Below, in pieces: positions 26,427 through 39,163 of a DNA stretch of 64,000 bases (position 1 is its first letter; each line of letters starts with the position of its first letter). The stretch spans positions 1 through 64,000 of the forward strand of contig ADNK01000870.1 in the NCBI GenBank assembly GCA_000320545.1. The letters are read 5' to 3'. Below the pieces are notes generated by a model. That model searched no databases. It was not told where the DNA came from and saw only the letters and a list, made by a program, of their open reading frames with translations. A program made the translations under genes and the position numbers. This stretch comes from Bigelowiella natans CCMP2755 (taxonomy: Eukaryota > Protista > Cercozoa).

Positions 26427-28222
26427 TTAACCATCAAAGCGGCCACCCGGCATCTGCAACTCATCCATTTCTTCAAGAAGCTCCGATAACTTCGAATAGC
26501 TTTTCGCCTCCCCTTCTTCACACACCTGGGAATAGTATAGTTGTCGTAGGTGCGACTTACTTAAAACATGATGCAAATCGAAGGCTACCATCCGCATGAG
26601 TTTCTGTATTACCTTCACATATGCTTCCAGAATTTCAGAATTTAATTTTTCAATAGACCCCTTCAAAAGCTCCTGAATATGGTGAATGAAAGGGGAGGGA
26701 TTCCAGCACGGATATCACATTCAAAATACTTATGCGCTGCTGTTATATTACTTGTTGTTTGGTTCCGTATCTCATTATTATCATCCTTCTCGCTGCTACT
26801 ACCGGGTGTATCTTGACGGATAGCGGCGCCAATGTACCATCGACGCTGTATTCCACAGTCCCTGCCTGGTTGCTGGCTTCATATCTGTAATAAATGTGAA
26901 TGGGGGTAACCGTGAGTGCTGCTTTACAGTTTTATCTTGCCATGGCTCGTCATCGATACAATACAATACTATACAGCACATTGTCAATACGATACGATAC
27001 AATACTACTGCCTACTCAAGGCTATCACTTATGGCAAGGTAACATATAATTACTTCGTATTCTGTTCTAGTTCTTTAACCATCACCGGAATAATTTTATG
27101 CATATAATTACTTCGTATTCTGTTCTATTTCTTGAATTAGATCAGGACCCTTGGCCTACGTTTAATCGTCAGAGGATTAAATGAATGAATCAATGCTGAC
27201 GTCACAGCACAACCAACATTTACCTCAAAAACTTTTCCTCCTTCGATGAAAGGATCGAGAAGATTTTCGATGTGTACTTCGACGGGTTCTTCATTCAGAC
27301 GCTCCAATCTCTACAAAATTGATGGTGGATGGGATGATGAGAGCACATCGTTTGCTTGGTGGTCAATCTTTGGACAAACAACTCTGCGTAAGGAAGTGAT
27401 ATCACATAGCACCAATGGATGTTGCAATTCGATTTTCCAAAAAAATGTGAGAAGACTGAAATTCTTGTTTACCACAAAATCAAGGTACCTCCTTTGCTGA
27501 CCGCGAGTTTGTGATATTTTCACACTCCTCGCGCCATTCTTTGAGCATGGCTGGTTCTCGTTGATCCTCTTGCAGCCACTCCTCCTCATCCTCTATATTA
27601 TTCTTCCCATTTGCCGAAACGCATCTTTGGTGGAATGGCTTGACCCCATATTTCCTCCTCCTCATGATCCTAGAACTCCATCTTCTATTTTGAGTTGTTG
27701 TTTCCGTGGGCTGAGGGTGGAGTGTCGCTTTACAACTATCACCCCTCCTTCGCCTTCCGCTTAAAACATTATTCATAGATTTTTTCCTCCTTTCTAGGCT
27801 CATGATTGCTACTGTTTGAAGGGCAGCTGAGCCGAAAGAAGAAGGCGCAAGAGGGGTACAACCACCACCGCGTGTGATACAAAGAGATGATGGTGGTGGT
27901 GATGATGATGATGATGATGGAAATAATGATGATGACGCCACAAAGTTATTGCGACTTGTAAACCAATCTGTATAAATGATCACACAAAAGACGAAGGTGG
28001 ACGCAGCATTGGTACAATGATTAGAGCGCAGCCATCATATGCTCAATGTCGTAGTGTTATATTGAAGTTCTTTATCTCCTTCCGTTCACATCCTATTTCC
28101 CCCCAACTTCTCCGCCAATACATGATAGAAAGGAATCTGAAGGGCCCACCTGTTCCGGCCATTGCCATGATGCACAGCCCGCCAAGTAATACCGGTAGCT
28201 GTTGTGACAGGGGCCGGGCCAT
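26427..28222 (-). CDS. YbaB/EbfC-family protein with bipartite (signal plus transit-like) leader, multi-exon
   Basis: Spliced C-terminal domain YEASNQAGTVEYSVDGTLAPLSVKIHP-ELLKGSIEKLNSEILEAYVK-VCEEGEAKSYSKLSELL fits the YbaB pattern. N-terminus MARPLSQQLPVLLGGLCIMAMAG is followed by a Ser/Arg-rich segment. Confidence 0.7.
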
Positions 28223-28587
28223 TGTGCAAACGGGGTTGGTTTCAGAGGAATCCAGCGACAATGAGATTGGTGTTGTCTCATAATAAAAATCGATTGTATT
28301 TGAGTACTCTGACCCGGAGCTTAAATAAGTGTTGTTTCTCACTCAAATTAGACGCTCCAAGTATGTCGCAAGACATAAACTCCTTGTGTTTATATCATAG
28401 CTGATCTTTTATTGTGTTTATTTTGATAGGATGTTTCTCGCACGCTTAAAAGCCAGAAGTTTTCTGAAATATTTGATTATTCCCATTTAGATATTATCCG
28501 CATTAAATATTGACTGAAATGATCATCTTATCTTTCGCGTTGTGGTGATGATGGCGTCCTTCGGCTGCTTCTACGAGCTGTAGCAAA
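28223..28587. promoter_or_regulatory. Putative bidirectional promoter between the YbaB-like and CS-GrpE genes
   Basis: 365-bp AT-rich spacer between two divergent start codons. Confidence 0.5.
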
Positions 28588-31500
28588 ATGATGCAGCACC
28601 GTCGGTCTGAACCTTTCTCGCCCTTTTTGTGGTGAGCATGGGATGTGTGCGTATTTATGTGCATTGTTTGTGTTAGTGTTTTGTGCAATTATGCAAAACC
28701 CGCTTCTTCGAATACCGATATATCCCATGTAATGGATGCTGAAGCATACGAGCGATCAGATATTTTGCATGATTGTACAGTACGTTTCCACATGACAGCA
28801 GCCTTTGGTCAGCATATTGTTGAGTTAGCTTTGAATGTTCTTCCAAGGCACCGGCCTTGGTTACGATGGGAACTGTGCTTACTCGCTTTGATGTTCACCA
28901 CAAGCATTGCAACAACTAGGTTCGTTCGAGAGACTATAATGACAACGATGATGATGATGCAATGAGAACGATGCAGACGGCAATCACGATAACAAAATGC
29001 TGAGACATATCTTATGAGTATGTAAAACTTTGTAGGGCTGGAGCACCTTGCTTTCGGCTAGGAATCAGCAGCAACACACCGAATATTATGCGCAGAACTA
29101 GAGGCAGTTTTGCTGCATATTTTACAAGGGGTTACATTTCGACGTCGCCGACAAGCAGCAGATTTCCCAGCGGCTGCAGAGGGTAATATGTGCTGTTTTT
29201 TTCCTAGTTTGAACGGCGTTGCAGCGAAATTACTATATTCCAGGAAGGTTTTGATAAGTACAAGTTATGCGTACACATGCCTGCTCTCTGCGGTCACATA
29301 ACACACATAAACACAGATACAATATGCAGGAAAGAAATTAGTAGGGGAAGGGATAAAATGTGCCAGAGAATGCAAGGAATGAATCAGGAGAGTGAAGGGA
29401 CACAACGGCTAATCGAGCAATCGCAACGTTTGAAACGGTAGTAGTAAAAAAACTAAGCACGTTGACCTGACATACCCATGATTTCGTCGTTATTGGACCT
29501 TTCCCATCAGGTTCATTGAACAAGAGCATAGAGATCATTACGCTAAAATTGCTAATGGTACAGCAGCGGGAGCATCAGGCGACCAGACGATGACTCCGTT
29601 TTTCGAGGAGGATAGAGAGCCTACCGAAGCCGAGGTCAGAATCCCTACGACATAATATAATACTACTCAGGCATCAATGAATCTGCTTTTCTGATGATAC
29701 TATATGATTATGCTATCTATAAAGTGCCTAAGAAGAGGAGAATGAGGACATGCTGATGATGACAGGAGAAATCTTAGATATCCCCCCTCCCCCCACTTCC
29801 CACTCCTTTCGTATTGTTGTCACAGAAAAAGGAGCTAGTTAAGACGTACCTTGGATTTACATGGGTAGTAGTGTGTTTTTCGCCAAGAACAGTAGGGCTG
29901 ATGATGCATGCAGCAATAGCATATAACAATAAAAACATTGGTACTGTTACTAGCACTGAATGATTGAACAGATTCATGTAGCATCAACAACAGAAAAAAA
30001 AAAATCAAAAACATAGCCATGAGCATACATAAACCATATATGTATATATGCATATCACCTACATGCTACTACCACTCGTCATTACTAGGAGCAGAGCGAT
30101 CATGAGGTGAGTGTATCCTTTGATGTGCCGGACAACACGAAAGGCAAGAATATCGACGTTGTGTTCTCAGAAAGGTGGCAATAATGCAAAAACGATGATG
30201 AGGGTGATGACAATTCTGATGATGCACATCATGATCTTCGGACTAACTGTAATGCCTCATATGAATATATAAATACATATCTTTACTTTCTTAATAGGCG
30301 CTTGCGCGTTGATGTAGAAGGACTGGAAAGACGGTATTTTCAATCTATTGTGACACAGTACACACAAACACATACACCCATAAAACACACAACAAGCTCC
30401 TCGTTTTGTTCATAGGCCGTTGTTTGAAGGAGACTTATATGGAACTGTCAAGCCAAGAGAGAGTAGCTAATCACGACTTCATATTCGATAGATATAACAG
30501 CAACACAAAGAAGAAGTTTGCACATATTACAACTGAAATGATGATGCTGATGATGATGATAACAATGACGATTTCTTCATTTTCCCAATACTATCCCTTA
30601 GCGACAGAACCGACTACATCGTGATGCAATTGATATGTAATCCTGGCAGGTATCTGGGAGATAGAGCGTGGGAAAGAAGGGACGAGGTGATCATCACTAT
30701 GAAACGACAATTATCACAATAATTGCGGTGTACGAATGAGGGCAATGCAAAACAGTGAAGGATGTAGCATTAATCTCTTTCAAGACCGTGATTACAGACT
30801 ACAGATATTTAGTAGTGTGTTTAAGCATTTCCCAAGATCAACTGCTGTTTTGGGCTGCTGATTCTTGAAATACTATCTTCTTCTTCTTTCTTCGTCTCTG
30901 TCATCTATCGTCGTCCCTACTTACTACTACTACTACTACTGCTATTTGTTGGTATTTATTTACTGCTTCATGCAAAGGTTGGTGATAACACTTGTCAAGG
31001 GGTTGAATGAGAAATGGGATCTTTTCGAATCTGGGAATCTCGAATCAGAGGTAGTAGTAACTAACAAAATTATCAATAACTGTTCTTGAGGATTGGAGAA
31101 GTGATACAAGTCAATTAGATGGAAGATGTCTATGGTGTTATTTTCTTGACTGAAAATGGCCAGATCGTGGTCATAGTGGTTGGGATGATGTCATTGTGGT
31201 TTTTCATATATTTGAGCCTTTGTGAAAACCGTTTCTTGTAACACTATTACCTCTAAATGAACAACAAAATCAACTTTCACGTCTTGTTGTTGTTGTTGTT
31301 GTTCTTCTTCTTCTTCTTTATCTCGCCGTCATCTATTCATCGTCAATTTATCCTGTCTCCTACCACCACCACAACACCACCAACACGACTAAAAACCATG
31401 CAGGTAAATCCTTCTCCAGAATCTGTGATTAAAAATCTTCGCACGTACAACGAAGCCCTTCAGAATAACTTACAGGTGCTGCTGTCGGCGCCACGTTCAT

Positions 31501-32513
31501 TTTGCTAGCAGGGAGTCCTGTGATTTTCCTTCTCCAACTATACAATCTATATATATAAACAGTGTGGTTGGTGCCTTCTGTAACAGGATGAAAAGACTGC
31601 TTTCTGTAGTTATTTTTTATGATAAATTGTTTCCAAACTCAGGACGCACAGAGTCGAATGTCGCGGTATGGTGACGTCCTCGTTAAGAATGAAAACATTG
31701 TGACGGCAGCAAAGGTCTCTTTCTCTCTCTTTCTGTCTGCTCTCTCTCCCTCTTCACCTCTCTGTCTCCATCTCTTTTCACTCTCCTATGTGTTAATGTA
31801 CCCTTTCTCATTCATGAACCTATACTTCCTTCATTTTCCTCCTTCCCCTTTCTCTCACAGAAAGCGTTGAAGTATCAAAATGTGACGACGGTGGCACCAA
31901 TGGCACTTGATGTGGTTACTGCGGTTGAGAAGTTGGAGTGTGTCTTGCAGAAGATAACCGCTGAACGAGAAGCAGCCACAAATAGACGTCCCAATGAGCA
32001 TCTAGAAATATCGGAAACGTTGGGCGTTTTGCTCAAGTCACTGGATCGATTCAATATCACGAAGATGGGGACGGCGACACGACAGATGTAGGGATTTCTA
32101 CATTGCTTGTAAATGATCCTTTGCACATTTGCAAATTGCATGCAACGGATAGACGAGTGTGTATTTAAGAGATTTCTCTTTTCAAGGCTCATTTGATAAT
32201 TTTTGTTTGATAAAATGAGACTCAGCAAACTTCCCTCAATATTAAATGGAAAACCACCTTTATGAAAATATTTATTGATTATCCTAGGTATCAGCCTAAC
32301 AGCCATGAAGTTGTTAAATGGCATGCATCCGAGAATTCAACACAAAAGGGCGAAATCGTTGAGATTCTTGAGGATGGTACCCGCTTATCGAAATTGGATG
32401 TATGTGTTCTGTGTTAGTTCATTGCTTTCTAAATTTCCACAAAAGGTTATTTGATGGGAAATTACGTCCTTCGAAAGGCAAAAGTTGAAGTGATAGGCAA
32501 TGGAAGTATTTAA
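28588..32513 (+). CDS. CS(p23/NudC-like)-domain plus GrpE-domain fusion protein with bipartite leader, multi-exon
   Basis: Exons give a leader (WELCLLALMFTTSIATT then an S/R-rich stretch), a CS domain (FTWEQSDHEVSVSFDVP...IDVVFSERRLRVDV...LFEGDLYGTVKP...WEIE...LVITLVK...KW) and GrpE (KNEN...VEKLE...LDRFNITKM...YQPNSHEVV...GEIVEILEDGYLMGNYVLRKAKVEV). Stop TAA at 32511-32513. Confidence 0.8.
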
Positions 32514-33485
32514 ATACGAGCAGATCTTGTTCTGCCAACACGCTAGCACGAGCAAGTAGGGTGCTGATTGAATTTGGAACTCCTTGCCTTCAAAGGCCTA
32601 TATGACTATGCAAAACTTGAATAATAAAAGAGCTAGAGAGCTATACGGGGAAATGTTTATCTGGATAGGATACTAGGATAGCAGTTGCAACTATTGAATG
32701 ATTCTACAAATTTTGACTCATGTCTAGAAATTGATTTCATCATGCTCATCGCGTTTAGTGATACAAACTACAACTCTACAACTCCGAAATGCATTTGACA
32801 ACAACCGGTCTAGCGGTATTGTCACGTTCGATTCATGCTAGTATGGCCTACACTAGCTACACTAGCTAGCTAGTACACAAGCACGCTCATCTAGTTGTTG
32901 TGCATGTATCTAGGTATAGCTAGATCTAGATTGCTAGATTGTGAAGCTCCACGTACTGCATTTCCGATGATGAGCCTTTCCATTGCCGTCTGTTGTGCAG
33001 CATTCTAGCATTCTGGAGCTAGCTAGTTTCGACACAATGGCGGATTTGAGCTCACTAGCCATGCTAGTATGCTAGCATGGAATGTGATTTCTGTGCTAGC
33101 TAGCTAGCTAGATTTAGTCAAATCCATGCAGCTCTAGAGCTAGATCATTTTAGTCATGTTAGGCAATGATTTTGCAATGCTACTCAAGTCCAGTAGTTAG
33201 TAGGCTACGAGATTTAGCAATGAAACTTGCTAGCATGACTTTTCTGTTGATGGCAGCATGTTGCATTACTGATTATTAACATGATGACAACGAACAATTT
33301 TGTTTTCAATGCAAAATTATCATGATATCTAGATATAGCGCCACACATGCCAACAACCATTTACGTGCTGTGGAAATTGAAGTGCGCGTCGATTGATATA
33401 ATAGAAAGATATAACATTAAACAGGTAAAATTCAAGCTGAAGATGAGTTTCATGACGCCTATTATTTCATGATCGAAAGCAACGT

Positions 33486-36400
33486 TTATAAATTTCTATC
33501 TCCAATTGGAGACTGCGGATATTGCTTTTTTAAGCCAGAAACATCTATGTAGCATAAAATAGACATGTCATGATTGAGAATGGGAACAAAGAATATGGAA
33601 CACAGACCTTTTGAACTTCCGCCGTACATACAAGATACGATGTCGAACAGCACAAACAATCCGACACATATGATAACCCTGATTGTATAAAATACTTGAA
33701 TGGAAAAAGGCTGTAGATTCTTCTGAGAACATACCATGCCATGTGAAGCTCACGATAGATATCTTCTGAATCTGTGTCAAGATCTAGTCCTTCAAAGACA
33801 TTCACTGCTGCCTGAAACACTCTTATTACGATCCATATTACTTCTCAAAATTTTCTCCCTACCAGTACAACAATCGCGAGACCAGTTAGCTTGTGACCCC
33901 AACTCCAGATAGTTCTCACGTAGTATGAGAGGCTGCCTGTGTCCTCTGGTTTCACCTTGTGAGGGCGCAAGACACCTCCCAAAAACTACGTCGGAGTTAC
34001 GAGATAATCTTACAGCCGGATTTGCGCCAAATTATTTCATTTTGCATACCTGAACAAGACCCGCAATGAATAGGGATAGCCCTAGTCTTCCATGAAGTTC
34101 TTCAAATCGTTCTAGATTAAAATCATGAAAAATTCATCACAAAACGTGACACTACTAAATATTATTATCATGACCTCCGTCGTCATCAACTCGCAAAGCA
34201 AAAGCGAAACTTTATAAACAGAAGATTGTGTCAGTACAATGTAGATAATGTAGATAATGTAACTACTCTATACACGTACCCAACACAAGTAAAAGCTACT
34301 GCGATGGTCTGCAGAGTAATGTGGGTATAGAACCAAACAGCGCCCAAGGGTTTCATATATCTAAATTATATGAGAGTTAAATCCCAACTTGACATAAAAC
34401 AGAATAAAGAAATCGAATAACCTCGCCGCAAACATTGCGAGTGGCATCAATCCACAAAATCCTTATTATAAATAAATCAGTTGATGCCATGTCATTTTAT
34501 TGGTCGAATCTACCTGTCCACATGAAGGCTGAGTGTATCGTAACAAAATCTTCAATCTCAATGTTTTGGCCGGTGCCATCATTGAAATTAATCTATAAAT
34601 TGTAAATATGTTATTAGATTCAGTAATAAATTTGAAAAGCAAAGGAGCAGAGGCATTACAGAAGCTGAGGCTGACTGACTGCGAGCATGATCACTTAGTT
34701 GATCTTGGCCTTATCAAAATTAACAATAATTCACCTAACACTTCACCACAACTAAATATTTCATTGTGTCAACCGTTGAATGCAAAAACAGTGTTCACAT
34801 TTCCATTGGGGTCAATGGTGAAGGCCGGACTGAGAAAACCACCATCACCAAAGCACTACAAAGGGATATGGCTTCAAAAACTAATACGTTGCTAGCGGAC
34901 GGATGTATCGAACGGTGGTAACACCATCGACTTCGGTGCACAGAACTAAAAAATATAAAATTAGAACACAAACAAGTCTTGAAATTTCTGGCGTTACTAG
35001 ATGTAAATGGATTTGGATCAATGAGATCCTGCCCATTCGCGTTGGTTTGCGATCGAAGAACATACCTAGCGGATTACAGGAACGAATACAATTACCCTAA
35101 TATAATTTTAACAAATTAGCAATCTTGACTTACTCGTTAACTGTGGGCTGGTTACCAGCAACACACCAACCTGATTTACAAAAAAGTGAAAAACAGGTGT
35201 GAGACTGAGTGTTGTGGAAATACCAAATATGTACCAATCATTGCTGTTGATCCAATCATTTGACTTCCAAATCCGAAGCCAACCCATCCTCCTAAATGCA
35301 ATAGTTAGACAAATGTTGTTGTTCTACAGATACCTTCACTGTATCGACCTGTATTTTGGGATACAGAGTAAGCGATATGTGTATCGTTAAGGGTCCTTGG
35401 AAACATACAAACGTTTTAAAATAATCTCACAAGCTTGAATCGTTTGAATTTTCGAGGACCATTCTAGTGAGATGCCAATGGTAGTATCAAAGTTGCAGAG
35501 GTAATTCGCAGGCTCAGCAGTAGCGATATCTTCCAATGGTCCTATAAGGTACCACATTAATGACAAAATATCACAATATTCGCATCGATATATGGCCTGT
35601 TGCGTCAGTTATTTACCTTCGACAATGCAAACTTGGCCCACTGGAGTGGGAACCCCAGTAGGAGCAGGGGTCACTGCTGGACCCATACCGGTTCCCAAAT
35701 TCAACTAAAATGTGGAAGAAAGAAAATTTATATTACCCTGATGACTTCACGTTGTCATTTTGTCCAGTATAATGGAAGGAGGGGGAGTTGATAACGTGGA
35801 CATAATTGTTTTCAAGTTGTATGTACCAGAGGTGTTCCCAGCCTGTTTTGATTGCCATGGAAGGCAGGAGCATCTCCGGGTCCTGTGGCCCAGATGACAT
35901 TGATTGGAGCGGTCAAGCTTAGTTGTGAATCATTGCTGAAAAACAAGATTAATTGTTTTCATGTAATTCTATTACGAGATGACGAGATGTGGTGTGGTAT
36001 TACGTTATGAGGGGACGGCTGAAGCGAATAGTAGTGTTCTGTCCAACTTGCACGCACGCTAGATCGAACAAAGTTTGGTTTACAAGAGGAGTAACGACTC
36101 GACCTGCAGCTAAAGAGAACCTTAATACAAAATCTGTATCAGATAGATACAAGGAGTGCGTAAATGGATAAGAGCTAAAATATTTTTACTCGCGGATATC
36201 GATGTCAATTGCAACTCCCTCAGCACAAGATCCAATGACAGAAATGGCCGGATCCATCAACACCGCCTCTTCATTGAATCCAATTGCTACGTATCCATCT
36301 ACCAAAGCTGAAACCTCGAAACGAATATCCGTCGCATTGGCCACCCATTGAAAGGTGAGTCCATTTGTACTTGTATTAAATGAACACAGAAAATTGTCGC

Positions 36401-37287
36401 TCAATGGGCCAGCAACTTGGCAGGGCAGAAGCGGTGCTGTCGCCAGGGTTAACTGATATGAACAGAAAATAAAAATTAAATGATGAAATTACAAATTATG
36501 GTATAATTTACAATAATTTTCTTACATTTGCGGTTCCTCCTCGGTTCGCACTTCCATGGTTGGCCGGCACGTCCGCGTCATCACCTCCGTTTCCATTAGC
36601 CCAGATTACATTGACAGGTTCAGTCAAATTTAAAGTAAGATTTGGACTGTGAAGAACGAACAGAATCAATACGTAAAACTGGATGAGCATTTAAAGTTTA
36701 GACCTGATAAGCGGGCGGTCGAATTGAATGGTTGTGATGCCATTCATTTGTTGGCATTGAATATCTACCAACGCTTGCTCAGCTAGCTGAGTTACAACGC
36801 GACCAGCTGCCAATTGGAAACTAAAACAAAAGAGGTGAGCCGTCTCCTTGTAACTAAATTGACAATGTGAAAGGATGCATACTCTGCGATCATGGTGTTT
36901 GCACCTCCATCTAAACATGATCCAATCATTGCAATAGCTGGATCCATCGCCAGTCGTTCCTGGTTGAAGCCCAGAGCTACATAGCTTTCGACTTGACCCA
37001 AAACCTCAAAACGAATGTCTGTTGAGTTTGCAACCCAACTGAATGCAATGCCATTCGTGTCGGTGACGAAGAAGCATCTGAATGTGCCATCGGTGGGCAG
37101 AGCTCCAACAACGACGCAATCCGAAACATTTTGGGACTGCGATATAAGGTGCAATGAATGAACTGATGTCATTCTAGATAGTTTTCTACATCATCTCTAG
37201 AAGCACATGAATGCCCTTGATGTGTACAACCTGCCCAAGTGTCAAGGCAACCGCGAAGAGTATGAGCGAGAGGAACCTCGTCAACAT
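33486..37287 (-). CDS. Signal peptide + 3x DOMON + cytochrome b561 (CYBDOM / ferric-chelate reductase-like), multi-exon
   Basis: MLTRFLSLILFAVALTLG signal peptide. DOMON motifs YVALGFNQERLAM, YVAIGFNEEAVLM and WVGFGFGSQM, each followed by a later His. b561 His motifs IHSAFMW, WFYTHITLQ, LHGRLG, RPH...WSWGHKLTG. Confidence 0.88.
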
Positions 37288-37649
37288 GTTGTGTCCAATC
37301 TCACTGGAGATCTTGAATTTTGGAGCAGAGTCCGCGCAATGGGTCGGAACAAACGAACAAACCACAGACCACAAAATACGTGCAAAATTTGCTGCAGCCA
37401 CAAAAAAACTGGCGAGGCACAGGGCAAGCTATTTTTAGATTTTAGGAAAGGAAGACGGGCGTCTAGGTGGCATGTCGCTCATTGAAATACAAAGGCATTT
37501 GCCCTTTGTTGCACGCACGTGCACGAAGAGCGCAATTCTGTGCCGCATCCGCTTACGTTTGAAGGGGATTGTGCTGCTGACATGCATGTCAACATGGCGA
37601 GATGGACTGTTCTTGCAACGACATACCAGGTTTCAAGTTGAAGATCTAC

Positions 37650-38520
37650 ACAAGAAATCGAGGAATGTGCTCAAAAATCGAACACTGCTGCTTTTTTTTG
37701 CTCATTCAGCCTCCAAGGAACTCAAGCTTGAGATGCATGGAGACGCATTCCAAAGTTGCATCTCAATTTTCCAAACTTTTTGCAATCATCAACGTTCTTC
37801 CATGAAATGAGTTGCGAATTTCGCACCCGAGACATGATCATTGGACGTCTCGAGCAGAAATGTCATCTCTCCTTTCCAGAAAGTGACGCTTTCGCAGGTC
37901 CTTCAGCTGGAGACCGGTGGGTCCACTTGTGAAACACACGCAAGTCCACGTCCGGACGTCAGGGATTCAATGGTCTCAACGGTCGTTGGAGGAAAGTCTA
38001 GAAGTGTTGGACATTGAGTTCGATCGTGCGTTGTCGCACCCACCACTGATGTCCAGCGCCGGCACACGCACCTTGTGTGTCACGTGCGTTTGCTCTTCCA
38101 GCTTGTGCGTGCGTGTGCTGTGCGTCTTGGCACTTGCTTTGCTGCGTGCTGTCGCACTAGAATGCAACCGTGTGCGGACTAGCGGGCAAGCACCTCCAGT
38201 CGCGCTCACGGTCTAGCAATTGTTTGCATGAGTGCACGCTGGCACGTCCTTTCTGCTGTCTTGTGCCAGTGTGGTGTGCACACATCCCAGCATCTAGACA
38301 TGGCTAGATGGAGCAGAGCTGAGCATGGTTGACACATCGACGACCACGTGGTTTGGCATGGTGCATCGTCTGCATCCCTGCGCAGTTAGATCGAAATTTT
38401 GGCACAACACCTAGCTAGCTAGCTAGCCAGAGACACGTGCATGTCCAAACGTGCACAACATGCATTCTAGCATTGCTAGATTGACAAGCTGCGACTTGCA
38501 AGCTTGCAAGATCAACAACG
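37650..38520. other. TpA-depleted, TG/CA-rich intergenic patch (strongest example)
   Basis: Hand count: 13 TA dinucleotides in about 870 bp, 12 in CTAG and 1 in TTAG. No TA at all in 37650-37997. Confidence 0.9.
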
Positions 38521-39066
38521 TGACAATCTAAACAATGACAAATCAAAGCTTTTGACTAGTTAACTCTAGTTGGCACAAGTGAGTTATACCGTTTCAGGGT
38601 AGCCTGACTTGTGCATGCTAGCATGCACTTCATCCCCTTCCTCTAGTGATGGCGATGGCGTTCGTAGCATCCAAGGAGGAGGAATGTTGCTGCTGCCTCT
38701 CAAAGCAGTTACTTCCTCTTTAATTTACCAATCGATTTTCATAAAAGATTGGCAGCGAAGAACTGTCGGACGATGAAAACTACACTTGCAACTGTTCGGA
38801 AACTCTTAAGGTCTACCTATTTGCCATCATCCTCAATTTCAGTAGTTATTTGTATTTCTCCGTCTTGACTCATATTCCTATTTTAACATTCGCGAGTAGA
38901 TGCAGGTTTTATGTGTGCCTGGTGTCCGATCTGCTGCGTCCCCTTAGTAAGGTAGAATTCACACGTTCGCCACACGCCAACACGGATAGGAGAAGAGAAA
39001 GACAGAGAAGGTCAAGGTGATATACTCACAACAACTGTATCAATTAGCATATGTATTGGAAGAGGA

Positions 39067-39114
<48 letters not shown>

Positions 39115-39163
39115 ATTCGTACATGGTCGATATGAAACGCAATGATACTACTTCTCTCGAGGA

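Noticed and set aside
37472-38216. ORFs rich in C/H/M/V in TA-poor patches (also 44412-44930, 53283-53812, 4926-5275)
   Set aside because: Loss of TA removes TAA/TAG stops and lengthens spurious ORFs. No protein motifs were seen.
37650-38520. CpG-methylation decay or fungal RIP as the cause of the TG/CA excess
   Set aside because: CpG remains abundant in the patches, and RIP would increase TpA rather than remove it.
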